64,000 nt of DNA from assembly GCA_030765645.1 (NCBI GenBank), contig JAVCCE010000054.1, positions 3,568-67,567 on the forward strand. Direction: 5' to 3'. The stretch comes from Candidatus Hinthialibacter antarcticus (GTDB lineage Bacteria > Hinthialibacterota > Hinthialibacteria > Hinthialibacterales > Hinthialibacteraceae). Below are positions 27,041-35,433 of this stretch, one piece after another. Position numbers and translations under genes: made by a program. Under the pieces are notes generated by a model. That model was given only the letters and a program-made list of their open reading frames with translations. It was not told where the DNA came from and made no database searches. Positions within the stretch are counted from its first letter, which is position 1; every line of letters begins with the position of its first letter.

Positions 27041-29929
27041 TTTGATTACTTTAAACGAATATTCGCCGGACGGCGTAAAGAAAACCAGTTTCTCATTTTC
27101 TGTCCGAACCAATATAACATCTCTCTGTCTGCTGAGTTCTTTTCCATTTAACTGAACTTGATCCAAGTTCGCAGCCGGAACATAAACATGAGCGGTGGTA
27201 TTCGCTGGTATCCTGACGCTTAACTCAAACATCGCTTCCGAATTTTTCCATTCGCTGCCAATCGCGCCATGAATACTTTCAACCGACGCCTTCACCCAAT
27301 GGATGGGTTCCTGTTCGGGGTTCGAGCCATATTCAGGCGGATGAGGATCAATGATGATTTCCTTGTAGCCGGGCGACGCGCAGTCGATCCCCGCCAGCGA
27401 CTGGAACATCCATTCACACACCGCGCCGAAGGCGTAATGGCTGAATGAGTTCATCGACACGCTGGCGAAACCGTCTTCTTTGGTATAGCTGTTCCAGCGC
27501 TCCCAAATGGTGGTGGCGCCGTTTTCAACTTCATACCCCCATGATGGATATCGGCGGCTTTGCAACAACCGGGCGGCCAAATCGTTATTGCCGTGACGGG
27601 TCAGCACCGTCAACAGTGGACGCGTCCCCAAAAACCCGGTGCTCATGCGAACGTCGTTTTCATTGATGAGTTCCACAAGGCGGTCGCTCGCGGCTTGCGT
27701 CTGTTCTTCCGAAACCAATCCGGCGAACAGCGCCAATGAATAGGAGGTTTGATAATCATGCTTGATGCGCCCGTCATCACTTAGGTACTTTGCGGCAAAT
27801 GCGTTTTTGATTGATGAATACAATTCACGATACTGTTTTGCGTCATCGCTTTCACCAATCGCGTCCGCCATTTCGGCCATCATTCGCGCGGATAGCGCAA
27901 AATAAACCGTATCGACATACTCAACCGGCGCAGTGTCGCCCAGCGCCAGCCAATCGCCCCAACCGTTGCCGATATTCACGCCCAAAAAGTCAGGGCTGTT
28001 GGTTTGGCGAAACTGCATGAAGCGCGTCATCGACTCGTAATGCCGTTCGATAACGCGCACGTCGCCGTACACCTTATATATTGTCCAGGGACAAATGATC
28101 CCCGCATCCATCCAGGCGGTCGCGAAGCCGCGATGGGGTTTGCCGTGCATCATCGGATAGGGCGCATAATCGGGATACGCCCCATTGGGCAATTGGGCTT
28201 CTTCTAAATCATCCAGCCATTTAGTAAAGAAGGCGGCGACGTCAGCGTTATAGCTCGCCGTTCGGATATAGGTTTGCGCATCACCCGTCCAGCCAAAGCG
28301 CTCGTCGCGTTGCGGGCAATCAGTGGGGACTTCAAAAAAGTTCGACCGCTGCGTCCAGACGATATTTTTAAACAATTGATTGACCATCGGATCAGAACAC
28401 GCAAACGAACTGGTCAGCGGCGTGTCGGAATGAATGGCGATTCCCGTGACGGTATTCAGGCTGGGCTTTTCCGTCAGGCCCGTTAATTCAACATATTGGA
28501 ATCCATGATAGGTAAAACGCGGCTCCCAGATTTCGGGCTGGCTGTCGCCGCGCAAGATGTAAGTATCCGTCGCTTGCGCCCGGCGCAGGTTTTCGGTCAT
28601 CAAGCGCCCGTCAGGGTGCAGCATCTCACCGTGGCGAATCACAATCGTATCGCCGCGCTTGCCTTTCACCTTGATCTGTACAACGCCGGAAAAGTTTTGC
28701 CCCATATTAAAGATAAAGGTTCCCGGAGAAGGCTCGGTGATCTCAATCGGTTTTATCTTCTCCGTCGGACGGATGGGGACTGACGGATAGGCAGTGATTT
28801 GCTTTGGTTCAATAAAACCAAACTCCATTTCGCGCTTACCTGCTTGGTCCGTAAACACGGCCTTGGTCGAACCATTATCTTTCGCGGGGATAGCACTCTC
28901 CCACTGCGCGTCGTCAAAGCCAGGCTGGTTCCAACCAGGTTGTTCCAGCCGCGCGTCATAGGTTTCACCCATGAGCATGTCGGCCTTAACAATCGGCCCG
29001 GTGCGAGTTTTCCAGCTGGCGTCGGTTGCGATGATTTCGCTGGTTCCGTCTGTATATTCGATCTCAAGTTGCGCCAAGAGCGCCGGGGTCTTTCCATAAA
29101 TATTGCGCCCGCTTTGGTTGGGGCCATAACCGACCAGCAAGCCATAGCCGAGATAACCGCTATACCAGCCGTCAGCGACGATGGCGCCAATCGCGTTTTG
29201 TTTAGACTGGACCAGGCTTGTCACGTCAAATGCGTTGTAGTAAACCCGTTCGCGATAATCTGACCAGCCGGGGGTAAACATTTGGTCGCTAACGCGTTTT
29301 CCGTTGATGCTCAGTTCATAGATTCCCAACGCAGACGCATAGGCCATGGCGCGTTTGATTGGCTTGTTCGCGACAAACGTCTTTCGGTAATATCGCGCTG
29401 GCGGAAGAACCATATTCTCTCTTGACGCCGACATGGGCGCATCATCTTTAAAACTGGTCCACTCCGCTTTCCAGTCTTCATTCGACAACAACCCCATTGA
29501 CCAATGCGCGGCGCTGCTCCAATGAGACGCGCGACCATCCTGCCCCCAGACGCGCACTTTCCAGAAACAATGTTGACGCGATTGTAGTGGAGCGCCTTGG
29601 TAGGCAATGTTGACGCTTTGGCTGCTTTCGGTTTTTCCTGAATCCCAAAGATCAAACTGGTTTCGATGCAACAATTCATCGCTCGAAGCAACGCAAATTT
29701 GATAGGCGGTTTGCAGGGCGCCATTTTCGTCAGAGTCCAACTTCCAACTTAAGCGCGGCTGGGTTTCATCAATGCCAATTGGGTTTACCAGATACTCGGT
29801 GCGCATGTCTTGCGCCGTGAGCGCGTCCGCCGCTGCCATCGCTCCTAGATAACCGAGAAAAATAAAAAAAACGGCTGCTGTTTTTTGAAGAGAAAAATTC
29901 ATCGTTCGCCCCATTGTTCTATATTTCAT
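27038..29929 (-). CDS. Secreted GH78 alpha-L-rhamnosidase
   Basis: N-terminal LTAQDMRTEYLVNPIGIDETQPRLSWKL and HCFWKVRVWGQDGRASHWSSAAHWSMGLL (GH78 N-domain). Six-hairpin catalytic domain follows. Signal peptide after alternative start MNFSLQK (29902). Confidence 0.8.
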   Translation of the reverse strand: MKYRTMGRTMNFSLQKTAAVFFIFLGYLGAMAAADALTAQDMRTEYLVNPIGIDETQPRLSWKLDSDENGALQTAYQICVASSDELLHRNQFDLWDSGKTESSQSVNIAYQGAPLQSRQHCFWKVRVWGQDGRASHWSSAAHWSMGLLSNEDWKAEWTSFKDDAPMSASRENMVLPPARYYRKTFVANKPIKRAMAYASALGIYELSINGKRVSDQMFTPGWSDYRERVYYNAFDVTSLVQSKQNAIGAIVADGWYSGYLGYGLLVGYGPNQSGRNIYGKTPALLAQLEIEYTDGTSEIIATDASWKTRTGPIVKADMLMGETYDARLEQPGWNQPGFDDAQWESAIPAKDNGSTKAVFTDQAGKREMEFGFIEPKQITAYPSVPIRPTEKIKPIEITEPSPGTFIFNMGQNFSGVVQIKVKGKRGDTIVIRHGEMLHPDGRLMTENLRRAQATDTYILRGDSQPEIWEPRFTYHGFQYVELTGLTEKPSLNTVTGIAIHSDTPLTSSFACSDPMVNQLFKNIVWTQRSNFFEVPTDCPQRDERFGWTGDAQTYIRTASYNADVAAFFTKWLDDLEEAQLPNGAYPDYAPYPMMHGKPHRGFATAWMDAGIICPWTIYKVYGDVRVIERHYESMTRFMQFRQTNSPDFLGVNIGNGWGDWLALGDTAPVEYVDTVYFALSARMMAEMADAIGESDDAKQYRELYSSIKNAFAAKYLSDDGRIKHDYQTSYSLALFAGLVSEEQTQAASDRLVELINENDVRMSTGFLGTRPLLTVLTRHGNNDLAARLLQSRRYPSWGYEVENGATTIWERWNSYTKEDGFASVSMNSFSHYAFGAVCEWMFQSLAGIDCASPGYKEIIIDPHPPEYGSNPEQEPIHWVKASVESIHGAIGSEWKNSEAMFELSVRIPANTTAHVYVPAANLDQVQLNGKELSRQRDVILVRTENEKLVFFTPSGEYSFKVIK

Positions 29930-29945
29930 TTCCTCATATAAGCAT

Positions 29946-30206
29946 CTAATAATTCGCCATCGACCGCAAGTTCCTTCGTGATTTCAGGCGAAAAATTTCA
30001 GCGAGATTGATATCCATGCGTGATGCATTATGCAAAAGCGCTTGGGTTTGTCCTGTATCAAATAGAATGCGCACGGAATCGATTTCAATAAACAAAGATA
30101 AGCTATGCTCCGCAATCAAATCGTCCGGGCGGGCTGTGTTGTTGATTAAGACAGAGACCGTACTTTGTTGAACTTTAACCATTTTAATGTGTACAGAGGT
30201 TTTCAC
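29946..30206 (-). pseudogene. 5' remnant (about 60 codons) of an MBL-fold metallo-hydrolase gene, truncated or frameshifted
   Basis: The translation VSVLINNTARPDDLIAEHSLSLFIEIDSVRILFDTGQTQALLHNASRMDINLAEI matches N-termini of MBL-fold proteins commonly linked to NifX/MinD-Fd clusters. The reading frame then runs into unrelated residues and stops after 86 aa, 17 nt before the rhamnosidase gene. Confidence 0.5.
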
Positions 30207-30522
30207 CCGTTTGCAAAGAGCCTTCCAAAAATTGTTTTGCGAGCGCTTCAGGAAGTTCCTCCGGCGCGCCGATCACAACCCGGATGGAGTATTGATCAAA
30301 CAATTGTTTGGCTTTGATGCCCATGCCGCCGCAAATAATGACGTCTGCGCCTTGCTGGTGCAACCACAAGGGCAAGACGCCAGGTTCATGAGGCGGAGGC
30401 GTGACGAGCGTCTTGCTCGTTACCTGTCCTGCTGAAGAGTCGACTTCAAGCAGAGCAAAATGTTCACAATGGCCAAAATGGGCTGCGAGTTTTTCGTTGA
30501 TGACGGGGACGGCGATTTTCAT
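30184..30522 (-). CDS. NifX/NafY-like dinitrogenase FeMo-cofactor-domain (Nitro_FeMo-Co) small protein
   Basis: MKIAVPVINEKLAAHFGHCEHFALLEV...GADVIICGGMGIKA...SIRVVIG is the canonical domain pattern. The start overlaps the stop of the upstream gene (TAATG). Confidence 0.75.
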   Translation of the reverse strand: MKIAVPVINEKLAAHFGHCEHFALLEVDSSAGQVTSKTLVTPPPHEPGVLPLWLHQQGADVIICGGMGIKAKQLFDQYSIRVVIGAPEELPEALAKQFLEGSLQTGENLCTH

Positions 30523-31439
30523 TAGTTGGCTCCTTTTTTTGAGACTTCACTTGATAAAGTTAGTCGTTGTTTTATGGTTCGCCATAGTTCTCGAATGGCG
30601 ATTGCCGACGGACCATTTGAAAATTCTGTTAATGACATTTGATTGATTTGCGCCTCGACGAAAGAACTGTCATACGGAATTCGCCCAACAACTGGCGTCC
30701 CCAGTTCGATTCCGCGCATGGTGATGCTGTGGGTGATATCCCGGTTGATATCATATTTGTTCACACAAATAACGGCTGGAATATCGAAGTGATGAGACAA
30801 TTCAACCACTCGTTCCATATCATGAAAACCGGATAACGTTGGCTCGGTGACGATAAGAACTAAATCAACGCCTGAAATTGCAGCAATGACGGGACATCCA
30901 ATCCCGGGCGGGCCGTCGATCAATATCCAATCGCAGCCAAGTGATTGGCCCCATTCAAACGCATGTCTCCGAACCAACGTTGATAGTTTTCCTGAATTCT
31001 CTTTCGCGACTTGCAAGGTTGCGTGAGTCATTGGCCCTAAACGTGAGTGAGAGCGAAACCATTCTCCATTTTCTTCTTCCCGAAGTTCGATGGCGCCGAC
31101 GGGACAATACCGGACGCAGACCCCGCATCCTTCACAGGCCAGTGAATCAACTTGATAGACGGTTCCAGCCATTGTCTCTACGGGCTGCACCGCCTCAAAT
31201 GCGCAAAGGTCAAAACAAACCCGGCAATCAATGCACTTGTCTTTTGATATATAGGCTTTTTTTCCACAACGAAACGCTCCGCGTTCAATTACTTGTGGAT
31301 TTAATACGAGGTGCAAATCAGACGCGTCGACGTCGCAATCCGCAACCATCGCATTTTGGGCGAGAGACGCGAGACATGCCGTCAAACTAGTTTTTCCGGC
31401 GCCGCCTTTTCCACTGATTATGCTAATTTGCTTCATCAT
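30522..31439 (-). CDS. MinD/Mrp-superfamily P-loop ATPase with inserted 2x[4Fe-4S] ferredoxin-like domain (COG1149 type), paralog B
   Basis: Walker A GKGGAGKTS. Inserted Cys clusters CIDCRVCFDLC and CEGCGVCVRYCP. 4-nt overlap with the paralog upstream. Confidence 0.8.
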   Translation of the reverse strand: MMKQISIISGKGGAGKTSLTACLASLAQNAMVADCDVDASDLHLVLNPQVIERGAFRCGKKAYISKDKCIDCRVCFDLCAFEAVQPVETMAGTVYQVDSLACEGCGVCVRYCPVGAIELREEENGEWFRSHSRLGPMTHATLQVAKENSGKLSTLVRRHAFEWGQSLGCDWILIDGPPGIGCPVIAAISGVDLVLIVTEPTLSGFHDMERVVELSHHFDIPAVICVNKYDINRDITHSITMRGIELGTPVVGRIPYDSSFVEAQINQMSLTEFSNGPSAIAIRELWRTIKQRLTLSSEVSKKGAN

Positions 31440-32302
31440 GGGCGGCTCTCGCTTCCGACCAATGAAGACGCAACGCTAAAATATATTTCCACCATTGGTT
31501 TTTGCACGCTTGGAACGCTCTTGACAATCAATTCTCCGCGAGAACAGGCCTCAGCGGCGATACGATCATCCGGCACCGAAGCGATAATCGGAATCGCTTC
31601 TCTCGCACAGTAATCATGCGCACAAGAATCGCCGATTCCATCCCGGTTAATGACCACGCCAAACGGAACCTCTAATAATCGCAAAAGTTCAACAATTAAA
31701 TGAAGATCGTGGACGCCGAACGGCGTCGGTTCACAGACAAGAATCACAAAATCACAATCTCGAACCGCTTCAATGGTTGGGCAGGAACAACCCGGCGGGC
31801 AATCAACGATGACAAACGAATTATCATCTGCATACGACTTTACCGTTCGGATCACAGGAACAGCAGACGGTTCTCCGATATTTAGTTTCCCCTGAACAAA
31901 TGCAAAGCCGTCCGCCCATCCCCGCTCAATATCACCAACCGTTCGCTGGCCTTTTGTGATTGCTTTTTCGGGGCATCCACGCCAACAGCCGCCGCATCCA
32001 TGACAGAGATCAGGAAACACCAAAATGTTCTTGCCCACATAAACAATTGCCTGAAACTGACAGATGTCTGCACACTGACCACATTGAGTACATAGGCTGG
32101 GATCATAACTCGGGCAGTTCACATAAACCGGCAATTTTTGATCGAGTATAGGTTTAACAAAGATATGGCAGTTCGGCTCTTCAACGTCGCAGTCAAGCAA
32201 GCAAACTGGAGCGGATGAATAACGAGATGCGATATACGCAAGATTGGCGGCGACGGTCGTTTTCCCGACGCCGCCCTTACCGCTAGCGATTGCAACTTTC
32301 AT
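31436..32302 (-). CDS. MinD/Mrp-superfamily P-loop ATPase with inserted 2x[4Fe-4S] ferredoxin-like domain (COG1149 type), paralog A
   Basis: Walker A GKGGVGKTT. Cys clusters CTQCGQCADIC and CHGCGGCWRGCP. Confidence 0.8.
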   Translation of the reverse strand: MKVAIASGKGGVGKTTVAANLAYIASRYSSAPVCLLDCDVEEPNCHIFVKPILDQKLPVYVNCPSYDPSLCTQCGQCADICQFQAIVYVGKNILVFPDLCHGCGGCWRGCPEKAITKGQRTVGDIERGWADGFAFVQGKLNIGEPSAVPVIRTVKSYADDNSFVIVDCPPGCSCPTIEAVRDCDFVILVCEPTPFGVHDLHLIVELLRLLEVPFGVVINRDGIGDSCAHDYCAREAIPIIASVPDDRIAAEACSRGELIVKSVPSVQKPMVEIYFSVASSLVGSESRP

Positions 32303-32538
32303 GTAGATAAACCGTCACGCAGCATCGGAGATTGACATTTGGGACAGATCAGCGTCTTGCATGGAACGCCGGGCTGATGAGGCGCGGTTTCGCCACAGTT
32401 AGGACAAACGCAATTTCCGTCCTGGCTCATAGCGCTTCGCCCTTTGCCCTGGCCGCGTCCCTGCCCCTGACCGCCCTTTCGTCCACCTCCGCCGGAACTT
32501 GGTCCTCGACTACCTTGTCCTGATTGGCCTTTTGGCAT
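32299..32538 (-). CDS. Mini-protein: Gly/Gln/Arg-rich N-terminus + C-terminal 4-Cys zinc-ribbon (CVCPNCG...CPKC)
   Basis: 79 aa, overlaps the downstream gene by 4 nt. Low-complexity GQGQGRGQGKGR tract followed by CxCxxC...CxxC. Confidence 0.45.
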   Translation of the reverse strand: MPKGQSGQGSRGPSSGGGGRKGGQGQGRGQGKGRSAMSQDGNCVCPNCGETAPHQPGVPCKTLICPKCQSPMLRDGLST

Positions 32539-32567
32539 TTCACTTGGCTCTCTTCCGATTGGGCCTG

Positions 32568-32918
32568 TTATGGTTCCAATGATGATGGTTCGTTGCTGGG
32601 CGGCGCTTCCAATTTCTCAATGCGTTGGTTGATGTTATCCAACAACAATTGAACTTGCTCCGCCTGTTCTTTTAGCGCGGCCAAATCCTGATTGCGGTCG
32701 AATGCAGCAACATCTAGAGAGAAGTTTCCCTGTCGGCGTCCTCTTCCAAATGAGTTGGAGGCCCTGCTCCCTCGTCTTCGTCCAACACTGCGACCAACTC
32801 GAAATGGAACGCCTCCTCTCCCTGTAGAAACATTGCTTACGGTTCCAGTACACAATCCAAAACCGCGTCCTGTGGCGGGCCCCATTCCAGAGGGGCCGCT
32901 TCGATCTTTTCCTGGCAT
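32568..32918 (-). CDS. DUF5320-like protein (Gly/Arg-rich N-terminus MPGKDRSGPSGMGPATGRGFGLCTG + C-terminal coiled coil)
   Basis: Strong RBS AAGGAGG 9 nt upstream of ATG 32918; the ORF-track extension to 32960 is unlikely to be coding. The N-terminal motif and length match DUF5320-type proteins, which co-occur with COG1149/NifX-like genes. Confidence 0.55.
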   Translation of the reverse strand: MPGKDRSGPSGMGPATGRGFGLCTGTVSNVSTGRGGVPFRVGRSVGRRRGSRASNSFGRGRRQGNFSLDVAAFDRNQDLAALKEQAEQVQLLLDNINQRIEKLEAPPSNEPSSLEP

Positions 32919-32931
32919 GATGACGACCTCC

Positions 32932-33828
32932 TTATGCACGGTTGGTTGCAACCGGTGCATCGTAATTTCCGGTGAGAATAAAATCGCCGGTCTTGCATCC
33001 GATGTCCCGTGCGATCACGGGACATTTGGCTTGTAAGAGAAAGAAAATCGGCTTTCGAATATGGCTAAGCGTTTCGTAATTGGCCTGGCCTTTTGCAATA
33101 ATTAAATCGGCGGAAGCAAACCGTTCGCGAAAAATCGGCGAGCAATCATCCAAAATACAGCCAGGCGCATCAGAGCCATTGCCAACAACACGCACCATCT
33201 GGGTCAGCCCTGTTTCCAATGCGTCTTCCATGGTTGCGTCATTAATGATTGGCTTGCCTTTCACTACATAGACAACCTTGTCGAGCGGCATTTGCGAAAG
33301 CAACAATTGGTCAAAAACGATCTCTCCCGCATTGTCGCCAAGAAATAAAATCGTCTTGGCTTCGTTGATCGCCTGTTTAAACAATTCAATCGCTGCGTTT
33401 GAGATATCTGCTGACAAACTCTTTTCAATTGATGCATGGACCGATTCATCTTCAACCGTTGCCGCAGCGCCAAAATCGATAATGTTTCCAGCGATCGCCA
33501 AGCGGACGGCGCACTCCAGTGGGTCCGCCGCGTCATCGACGTAGCGCTTCAGCCGGGGCAACAGTCTCAGCGCAAACTGGTTGAAATATTGTTTGCGTTC
33601 GTAATACGGATCGCTCTGGGTGGTTAATTCACGAATCAAACGGTGTATGCGCTGCCCCATGATCGGCGGAGGCATCGTCAGGTCCATTTCACTCACTTCT
33701 CGTAGCATGTTTCGCAACATCCCTTCGTGAATGCGCTCATCGCTCGATACAAAACGGGCAGTTGCCAGCGCCTGTTTTAAAAAACAAGGGATGCAATCAA
33801 AGTACGTTTTCATTTGCTCTGGCTCCAA
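32932..33828 (-). CDS. DUF89 (ARMT1-like metal-dependent phosphatase family) protein with N-terminal CxxC
   Basis: N-terminus MKTYFDCIPCFLKQALATARF matches the prokaryotic DUF89 start (CxPCxLRQ-like). Length is about 300 aa. Confidence 0.65.
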   Translation of the reverse strand: MEPEQMKTYFDCIPCFLKQALATARFVSSDERIHEGMLRNMLREVSEMDLTMPPPIMGQRIHRLIRELTTQSDPYYERKQYFNQFALRLLPRLKRYVDDAADPLECAVRLAIAGNIIDFGAAATVEDESVHASIEKSLSADISNAAIELFKQAINEAKTILFLGDNAGEIVFDQLLLSQMPLDKVVYVVKGKPIINDATMEDALETGLTQMVRVVGNGSDAPGCILDDCSPIFRERFASADLIIAKGQANYETLSHIRKPIFFLLQAKCPVIARDIGCKTGDFILTGNYDAPVATNRA

Positions 33829-34180
33829 CGCCGTCTTGGTCTTCGGCGCTTTTTTCTTTTAACTTTCCGGCTTTGAATTGTTTGAGGGCCTGTACGACCG
33901 ATTCCTCTGAAGAGAGATACCCCTTGATGTTCGCCGCCGACAGCGTTGTCAGGGCTTTAGGGCCGATGTTTCCGGCTATCACCACTTTGACTCCATGAGT
34001 AGCAAGCATTTTCACTGTCCCAATGCCGGCCCCGTGATCCATTTCATTATTCTCGTCATTTTCAAGCGCGTTAAATTCTTCGCTATCCGAATCGAAAATA
34101 ATAAAATACGCAGACCGGCCTAAACGTGAATTAACCCGGCTAAAGATATCCATGCCTTGTGAAGCGATTGCAATTTTCAT
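33797..34180 (-). CDS. NifX/NafY-like Nitro_FeMo-Co domain small protein (second copy)
   Basis: MKIAIASQGMDIFSRVNSRLGRSAYFIIFDSD...GVKVVIAGNIGPKALTTLSAANIKGY. Start 34180 has a GGAGAA RBS. Confidence 0.7.
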   Translation of the reverse strand: MKIAIASQGMDIFSRVNSRLGRSAYFIIFDSDSEEFNALENDENNEMDHGAGIGTVKMLATHGVKVVIAGNIGPKALTTLSAANIKGYLSSEESVVQALKQFKAGKLKEKSAEDQDGVGARANENVL

Positions 34181-34931
34181 AATGATTCTCCATTGGGATA
34201 TGCGGCTTACGCTCCGAAACGGGCGTGGTGAATTGAACCGGTAAGAAGTGTGGAGACGGCTCTCCACGATTTGAAGATGGATCACAGCGCTCTTCTAAGC
34301 ACAGTGGATTAATCAGCCGGGCTGGAATTCCCACTACGATTTCGTCGTTTTGAATAAAACCCATCTCGCGAGACGTTGGACACCCCATCGAAAGACAAAT
34401 CGTATTTCGCTGATAGGATTTTGATAACACATTGCCGCAGGTGGCCAGGAAAGTGGAAATTTGAACGCTCAACTCGTTTTGAAACATCCGCTGCCAGAGC
34501 CGAACCAACTTCATTGCTGTTCTGGGAGAGCAATATGACATGACAACATCGGGTTGCGACACGGCGCCCATTTCAAGCGCATATACACGGTCCAATCGTG
34601 GCGTAATTTCAAGAATTGAGCGAACCGAGATCCGCGTCATTCCAGTTTCTTCAGCAATGTGCTCAATCAGCGCGTTCTCGTCGACGTTCGGGTCTCCCAA
34701 ACTTCGTCTTCCACCCATGCAACTAACTTGAGAAACAGGCAGAATAAATGATTCGTTTTTTGCATTCCAAATGGCTTCGCAAACTCTCAAATTTTTCTGT
34801 GTATGCAAGGTTTTTGAATCATCGGATGGATTAATTTTCACGCCAATCCATTCGCCGCCAAATTGTTTTTTGAGTAAATCGAATAATTGTAAATGAGTCT
34901 GCGGCATAGTTACCCCTGTTTGTGTAAGCAC
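34140..34931 (-). CDS. Cys-rich hypothetical protein, possibly DUF169-like
   Basis: About 255-263 aa with multiple conserved-looking Cys (SCMGGRRS, CSPRT, CGNV, CLSMGCPTSRE). The size and context fit DUF169 (COG2043), but the assignment is tentative. The start is either 34931 or 34907. Confidence 0.4.
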   Translation of the reverse strand: MLTQTGVTMPQTHLQLFDLLKKQFGGEWIGVKINPSDDSKTLHTQKNLRVCEAIWNAKNESFILPVSQVSCMGGRRSLGDPNVDENALIEHIAEETGMTRISVRSILEITPRLDRVYALEMGAVSQPDVVMSYCSPRTAMKLVRLWQRMFQNELSVQISTFLATCGNVLSKSYQRNTICLSMGCPTSREMGFIQNDEIVVGIPARLINPLCLEERCDPSSNRGEPSPHFLPVQFTTPVSERKPHIPMENHYENCNRFTRHGYL

Positions 34932-35296
34932 GGCTTGTTGTCTGTCTCGAATGAACGTTGTTTTGCGCAGCCCGGCATCAAAAATTGTTCTTGCATCAGC
35001 TGGTTTGACAGATAGGCTTCGACAACTTCATCAATCAATCCACAAATATGTTCTGTGACTTCGATTTCTCTCAGTTGAAGCATTTTTTCTAATGGTCGAG
35101 AAATCGCCCCGCAAATCAGTTGGTCTACTTTAAATTCATCAATTCGCGCGGCCCGATTGATTCCAATACACCCTTCCAGGTCATGTTCTTTTCGCCCATG
35201 TTCTTTGCCATCAATCAGCTCAATGACCAGCAAGCGATTGGCGGTATCAAATACAGGAGCGATTCGTGAAAAGAGAACTGGAAGAGCAATCTTCAT
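34910..35296 (-). CDS. NifX-like Nitro_FeMo-Co domain small protein (third, more divergent copy)
   Basis: MKIALPVLFSRIAPVFDTANRLLVIEL...VDQLICGAISRPLEKMLQLREIEV follows the MKIA.P..., ...VICGGIG, ...GI.V domain pattern. ATG at 35296 verified in sequence. Confidence 0.6.
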   Translation of the reverse strand: MKIALPVLFSRIAPVFDTANRLLVIELIDGKEHGRKEHDLEGCIGINRAARIDEFKVDQLICGAISRPLEKMLQLREIEVTEHICGLIDEVVEAYLSNQLMQEQFLMPGCAKQRSFETDNKPCLHKQG

Positions 35297-35433
35297 AACA
35301 CTCATACAAAGTGCAGGAAACATTCCAAAACACAAAAATTCTCTAAGTCGTTATCAACCGGTGTGTTATGATAGGAATTGGCTTGAGGGGGGAGGAGAGA
35401 TATCTGCAATTTGCAATGGTAAAGCGAGACGAA

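Noticed and set aside
30184-35296. Three NifX-like genes, which could indicate a nitrogen-fixation (nif) cluster
   Set aside because: There is no nifH, nifD, nifK, nifE, nifN or nifB (radical SAM) anywhere in the window. The Nitro_FeMo-Co domain also occurs in non-diazotrophs, so this is treated as a cofactor-handling module of unknown client.
35297-35433. Sigma-54 (-24/-12) promoter expected between the bEBP gene and the first operon gene
   Set aside because: Inspection of both strands of the 137-nt gap found no TGGCAC-N5-TTGCW match (the only TTGCA motifs lack an upstream GG at the right spacing). No promoter feature is called there.
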